Assembly (NCBI GenBank): GCA_014905635.1
Contig: CM026547.1
Coordinates: 4,340,001-4,404,000, forward strand
Length of the DNA stretch: 64,000 nucleotides
Direction: 5' to 3'
From: Scenedesmus sp. PABB004
Taxonomy: Eukaryota
Below the pieces are notes generated by a model that saw nothing but the letters and a program-made list of their open reading frames with translations, was not told the DNA's origin and made no database searches. The first letter of the stretch is position 1. Every line of letters begins with the position of its first letter. Made by a program: the position numbers and the translations under genes. This document shows, one piece after another, positions 58,920 through 64,000 of the stretch.

Positions 58920-60836
58920 ATGGCGTGCCCGCACGCTGCCGGCGTGCAGTGGGCCGTGCGGCAGTGCCCGTTCCTCGCCAAGCTCGAGGCGCAGCAGGGG
59001 CCCGACTACGCGGCCGCCATCGCGCTGCAGCCCACGCGCGCCTTCGCGGCCGGGGAGCCGGCGGCGACGGTGGGCGCCCAGAGCTCGCCATGCGAGCAGC
59101 TCTCGGCCGCCTTCTCGCTCTTCCACGGCCCCGCCGGCGCCGTGCCGCTGGCGTCCGGGTCGGCCGGCCTCGCCGCCGTCCGGGGCTGCCCCTTCGGCGC
59201 GGCCCCGGCGCCGCGCGGCGACGCGGGCGCCCCGGCTCAGGCCTCCCCCGCGCCCCGGCGCGCCGCGCCGCTGCCTCTGGCCGCCATCAGCCTGGGCTTC
59301 GGCTCCGGGGTGAGCGCACGCGCGGGGCGGCGGCACGGGGCGCGGGCCCGGGGCGTCCACCGCGGCGCGGCTGGGGCAGCGCCGCCGTGCCCCGGCGCCG
59401 CCCCGGCGCGCCCGCCACCCCTGGGCCCGCCCCGGGGCGGCGGCCAGATGCGGGGGCGCCCCAGATCTGGGCTGCGCGCGCGCCGGGGGGCGCGATCGGG
59501 CGCGCCGGCCGCTCTGGCGCGGCGGTGCCGCCGCGGCAGTGCGCCGACGCCCGCCCGCCCGCCCGCGCGCCGCCCGCAGCCCAACTTTGGTGACTTCCTG
59601 CGCAAGCGCGTGCAGCAGCACAGGCAGGGCGGCGCGCGGCGGCCGCCGGGGCAGCGCCCGCAGCCGCCGCAGCCGCCGGCGTCCAACGGCAGCGGCGCCG
59701 GTGCGGGCGGGCCGCACCACGCCGGCGGCGCGGGCTTCAAGCCGCAGCGGCCGCTGGCCGACCCCGCGGGCGGCGGCGGCCTGGGCGGCGCGGGGCAGCG
59801 CGCGTTTGGCGCGGCGCACGGCCCGCAGCCGCCGTCGGCGTCCGCCGCGTCGTCCGCCGCGTCTCACCCCGCCGCGCCGCCGAGCGCGGGGCCCGCCGGC
59901 GGCGGCCCGGGCAGCGGCGGCGCCGCGCTCGGCGGCGGCGGCAGCGCCGGCGCGGGCTTCGCCGCGCCGCCCGGCCCCGGCCCCAGCAGCAAGGGCCCCG
60001 CCGGCGGCGGCGCGACCGCCGGCGCGCGGCGCGGCGCGTGGGGCGCGCCGCCCTCGCGCGCCGCCGCGCGGGGCGGCGCCGCGCCCGGCGGCGCCCCCGA
60101 CGGCGCGCGCCCCGCGGGCCTGGGCGGCGCCGGCGTGCCGGGCGCGTCGCCGCCGGGCGCCGGCGCGTCGCCCGCGTGCCCGATGCGCACGTGGCTGGGC
60201 CCGCTCGCGGGGATGGTGTTCAATCAATACGACAAGCTCGTCTGCCCGCCGGCCATCGTCGCGGCGCGCGCAGCGCTGTCGCGCACCGCCGCGGTGCAGC
60301 ACCTGCGGCCGCAGGTGCTGCCTGTGAAGCTGCTCGCCGTCGCGGCGGTCGCGGCGGCGTCCAACCTGCCGTGCGGCGCGGTGCGGGCGCACTATGAGAA
60401 GTTCAGCGTCGGCTGGTTTGTCGCGGTGCACGCGACCATCCCCTTTGTGGCGATGCTGCGCAAGGCGGTGATCATGCCCAAGCTCGCCATGCTCGTCACG
60501 TTCAGCGCGGCGGTGCTCGGCCAGGCCCTGGGCGCGCGGCTCGAGGCGGCGCGCCTCGCCGCGCTCGAGCGTGACGGCGCGGCCGACCCGCTGCGCGTCG
60601 GCGCGTGGCTCCCGGGCGCGCGGGTGCGGGCGCGGGCGCCGGCCGCGGGCGCGGCCGCCGCGCCGGCGCGCGACTCGGGCGCCTGGCGCGAGAAGCTGCG
60701 CGCCGGCGTGCGCGCCGGCCTGGGCGAGGACGGCGGCGGGCGGCGGCTGGCGGGCACCTCGGCGTGCGCGAGCAGCAGCGCGCCCGTGGTCGGCCTGGGC
60801 AGCCTGCTGCCGCAGCTGCCGGTGGTGCGCGCGTGA
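58920..60836 (+). CDS. Conserved plant/algal membrane protein (NHR2A/B, At5g45410/At4g25030-like)
   Basis: CPFL...FSLFHGPAGAVPL...CPPAIVAARAALSRT...NLPCGAVRAHYEKFSVGWFVAVHATIPFVAMLRKAVIMPK...GQALGARLE matches recalled family motifs. Confidence 0.75.
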   Translation: MACPHAAGVQWAVRQCPFLAKLEAQQGPDYAAAIALQPTRAFAAGEPAATVGAQSSPCEQLSAAFSLFHGPAGAVPLASGSAGLAAVRGCPFGAAPAPRGDAGAPAQASPAPRRAAPLPLAAISLGFGSGVSARAGRRHGARARGVHRGAAGAAPPCPGAAPARPPPLGPPRGGGQMRGRPRSGLRARRGARSGAPAALARRCRRGSAPTPARPPARRPQPNFGDFLRKRVQQHRQGGARRPPGQRPQPPQPPASNGSGAGAGGPHHAGGAGFKPQRPLADPAGGGGLGGAGQRAFGAAHGPQPPSASAASSAASHPAAPPSAGPAGGGPGSGGAALGGGGSAGAGFAAPPGPGPSSKGPAGGGATAGARRGAWGAPPSRAAARGGAAPGGAPDGARPAGLGGAGVPGASPPGAGASPACPMRTWLGPLAGMVFNQYDKLVCPPAIVAARAALSRTAAVQHLRPQVLPVKLLAVAAVAAASNLPCGAVRAHYEKFSVGWFVAVHATIPFVAMLRKAVIMPKLAMLVTFSAAVLGQALGARLEAARLAALERDGAADPLRVGAWLPGARVRARAPAAGAAAAPARDSGAWREKLRAGVRAGLGEDGGGRRLAGTSACASSSAPVVGLGSLLPQLPVVRA

Positions 60837-61472
60837 CCGCGCGGCGGCAGGGCGCGGCCGCCCTTGAGCGAGGCCGCCCCGCAGCCAGCAGGCAGGCAGC
60901 AGGCAGGCAGCGGCGCTGGATTGGGCGCAGCAATTGTTGGCGGCGCGGCCGCCGCGTGGCTTGATCAGGCTCGGCCGTCCCCGCAGGGCATCGCGGCGGT
61001 GGTGGTCGTGGGCGAGCGGGCGTTTTGGGCTTTGCGAGGGCCGCCGGCGACCGCCGCGAGGCGGCGCGGGTGTGCACGCACGTGCGGCCGACTGGCCGTC
61101 GAAACACGTTGACCGTCTCCGTCTCCGCACGCGAGCGCCGCGCCGCGCTGTCGCTGCAGCCACAGTTCATCGAGAGACTCCAGACGCCTGAGCGCCGTCG
61201 CTAAGCACGTGCACGCGGCCCGAACACCGCCCTAGCGCAAACAACCCCCCGCCGTCCTGCGCGCGACCGAGCAATCAATCATCCTGCAGCGTGCGTCGTG
61301 CGTTTGCGCCCTCGCCGCTGGTCAACGGCGGCGGCGCGCGGCGCGCGGCGCGCCGCCGCCGGCAGTCTCCTCTGGTCAACGGGGACCGACCAAAATTGAG
61401 CGCCTCCATGCCGCGCGCGCGCCGAGCCCCCGCGACGGCCGCGCGCCGCGCGCCACCGCGGCCGCGCGGCGC

Positions 61473-62964
61473 TCACGCGCTGCCGGCGCCGCCGTGCACT
61501 GCGCCCTCAAGGCGCTCGTAGCCGCCCCGAATCGCCTGCCGCGCGTCGGCCAGCGCGCCCTCCGCGTGCTCAAACCACCTGCGGCGGGGGCGCGCCCGCG
61601 GCGGCGGCGGCTGCGTCGGTCGGCGGCGCGCGGGGCGCGGCGCGCCGCGGCGCGCGCGGCGCGCGTGAGTCGCCGCGCCTGCCGAGCTGCAGCCCGGTGC
61701 CGTAGAGCGGCCACGACACCACGGCGCCCAGCAGCGCGCCGAGGAGCTCGCCGCCGATGTAGGCCGGGACGGCGCGCCAGCCGCAACCCCAGACGATGGC
61801 GGGGCCTGCGACCCCGCGCGGCGTGCGTGTGCGAGCGCGGGGGCAGGCGGGGCAGGGGCCCGTGCGCGCGCGCGCGCGCGCCCGTCGCGCACCCAGCACG
61901 CGTGCGGGGTTCATCGCGGCGCCGGTGAAGAAGCCGCCGGCCAGGGCCGCGGCGTAAACTGCGAGGCCGATGGCCAGCGGGCCGACGATGCCAAAGGACG
62001 GCTCGCCCACTGCGACGCTGCGCGCGGGCGCGGGCGCGGGCGCGGCGCCGCGTGCGCGCGGCGGTCGGCGGGGCCGGCGCGCTCGCGCGGCGCGTGCGCG
62101 TGCGCGTGCGGCGGTGCGGGGTTTAGGTCCTTCTGAGCCACGGGCATGGCGCCCCTAAACCCCGTACCTGTACACGGTGACCACGAGCATGAAGGTCATC
62201 ACAGTCTCCCAGCCAAACGCACGCCACAAGCCCACGCCCTGCCGCGGGCGCGGGCGACGGTGGCGCGCGCGTGGGCGCGGGCGCGGGCGTCGAAGCCGGC
62301 AGCGGCGGCGGCGGCGCCGGGGGCTCGCGTGCGTGTGGGCGCGTGTGCGCGGGCGCGGGCGCGTGCACGCACGATGTGGGGCGCGAAGCAGCCGACGTCC
62401 GAGGCGCGGGGGATCAGGGCCATCTGTGCGTGGCGCAGAGCGGGCGAGCGTCAGCGGGCCCCTCGGCATCGGCGGGCCCCGGCGGGAGCTCCCGCTCGAG
62501 CGCGCGGCGGGAGCGCGCGGCGGCGCGGACGCGCGGGCGCGCGGCGCGGCGCGCACGTGCAGCAGGGAGGCGAGCACCGCGCCGCCGGTCTGCGCGAGGA
62601 TGTAGTAGAGCGCGCGCGAGCCGCTGCTGTGCCCCGTCACGGTCGTGGCAAAGCTGACGGCGGGGTTGAGGTGTCCGCCCGACACGTTGGCCGCGACATA
62701 GACTGCGCGCGGCGCGGCGGCGCGGCGGCGCGGGCGGCTCGGCAGCGTGCGCGCGCGGGCGGCGCGGGCGGCGCGGCGGCGCGGCGGCGCGGGCAGGGGC
62801 GACGCACTGAGCACGGCGAGGCCGAGCCCGTTGGCGGCCGCCGCCGCGCCGCCGGGCGCGGCGCCGCCAATGAAGGCAAACAGGAAGGTGCAGGCCGCCT
62901 CGCACGCGACCGCGGCGGCGAGCTTGCTGGAGGTCGAGGCCTCGGTCTGCAGCAGGCCCGGCAT
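61473..62964 (-). CDS. Aquaporin / major intrinsic protein, 7 exons
   Basis: EAACTFLFAFIGG, SGGHLNPAVS, ETVMTFMLVVTVY, GAAMNPARVLGPA (two NPA boxes) and YIGGELLGA. Confidence 0.95.
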
Positions 62965-63599
62965 CGCGGCTGGACTGCGCGAGCGGGCAGGGGGGGGGGG
63001 TGGCGGGCGGGGGTTGGCCGCGGCGCCAGGCTGCGCGCGGCGCGGCGTGCGCGCTGCCCGCTGGCTGCTCGGCGCGCGTGCCACAGGCTGGCAGCTGCCT
63101 GGCCAGGCGCCCCACGGGCGCCGGGGAGCTGCGCGCGCCCCGACGCGCCTGGCAGCAGCAGCAGGAGTGAGTGCGCTCAGCTGGCGCGCGCGGCCGGCGC
63201 GCAGGCAGGCGGCGGGGCGGCGGCAGGGGGCGCGGGAGTCGCGATCGGTGGCGGTGGGATGGCGGCGGGAGGGCGCGGCACGTGGATCAGAGCGGAGGGG
63301 GCTGCCAAAAGTGGCGGTGCGTCAACCTTTACGCACCTCCGCCGGGACCCCAAACCGCCGCCGCACGTGGCCGCCATCGCAGCTGCGACACACGCGCAAA
63401 GGACGTCACGGCGGCCCGTAACCCCGCGCCGCGCGGTCGCCGCCGCTCCCCCCGACAGCGCCGCTGCAGCCCGCCGCGCCGTTCGCGGCCGCCGCCGCCC
63501 TGCGCCCCCGGCTCGCTTCCGCTCCGGCGCGGGACTGGCCGGTCTCCCGCGGCAGCTGCGCGCCCGGCGGCGCCCGCAGCCACCGCAGCCCGCGGCGCG

Positions 63600-64000
63600 A
63601 TGCCGGAGCCGCTCCCGCCGGCGGTGCTCGACGCGGCGGTCGCGGGCGCCACGCCGCGGCAGCGCGCGGCGCTGGCGCTCGTGTGCCGCGAGTGGCGCGC
63701 GGCGGTCCTGCGTGCGGCGCCGCGCGTGGACGCGCCGCTGCGCAGCGACGCCGGCGCCGCGTCCCTGGCCGCCTGGCTGGGCGCGCACGGGGGCGAGCTG
63801 CTGGAGGTCAGCGTCTCGACCGAGGGCCTGTTCGGGCGCCACTGCACCCCAGCGACGCGTCTTTCGATTTTTGCCGCCCTCCACGCCGCCGCCGGCAGTG
63901 CGCCGCCCGCGGTCGCCGCCGGGGCCGGCAGCGACGGCGACGGCGACGGCGACGGCAGCAGCGACGGCGAGGACGAGGCGCCCCCGGGACAGCTGGAGCC
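63600..64000 (+). CDS. F-box-like protein, 5' part (runs off the window)
   Basis: MPEPLPPAVLDAAVAGATPRQRAALALVCREWRAAV...SLAAWLGAHGGELLEV. Confidence 0.65.
   Translation, partial: MPEPLPPAVLDAAVAGATPRQRAALALVCREWRAAVLRAAPRVDAPLRSDAGAASLAAWLGAHGGELLEVSVSTEGLFGRHCTPATRLSIFAALHAAAGSAPPAVAAGAGSDGDGDGDGSSDGEDEAPPGQLE

Noticed and set aside
61314..61383. Repeated CTGGTCAACGG (W-box-like on the reverse strand), also at ~51068
   Set aside because: Short, lies between convergent 3' ends, and nothing else supports a function

Overview
Very GC-rich, gene-dense, intron-rich eukaryotic DNA. It is most likely a chlorophyte green alga (inferred from plastid-targeted genes, SBP-box factors, TGTAA poly(A) signals, plant-type TTTAGGG motifs and tRNA-Sec). 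About 23 protein-coding genes can be rebuilt by joining exons: sulfotransferase, RRP4, F-box/LRR genes, CHRD protein, mitochondrial ATP synthase delta, plastid S21, homocysteine S-methyltransferase, condensin II CAP-D3, two SET-domain methyltransferases, PPR protein, SKL2, alpha/beta-hydrolase, two paralogous SBP factors, sphingolipid fatty-acid hydroxylase, NDUFAF3, NHR2-like protein and an aquaporin. Most long ORFs in the supplied track are GC-content artefacts. The stand-out region is 43.6-45.9 kb. It holds a tandem array of selenocysteine tRNA genes (four intact 87-nt copies at ~170-178 bp spacing). A fifth copy is split in its T-arm/B-box by a 673-bp insertion with an 8-bp target-site duplication and a (TGACCT)n tail, resembling a 5'-truncated non-LTR retroelement. 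About 350 bp upstream is a strongly base-paired box C/D-like RNA candidate. Exon boundaries were read by eye, and family assignments rest on recalled motifs, not database searches.
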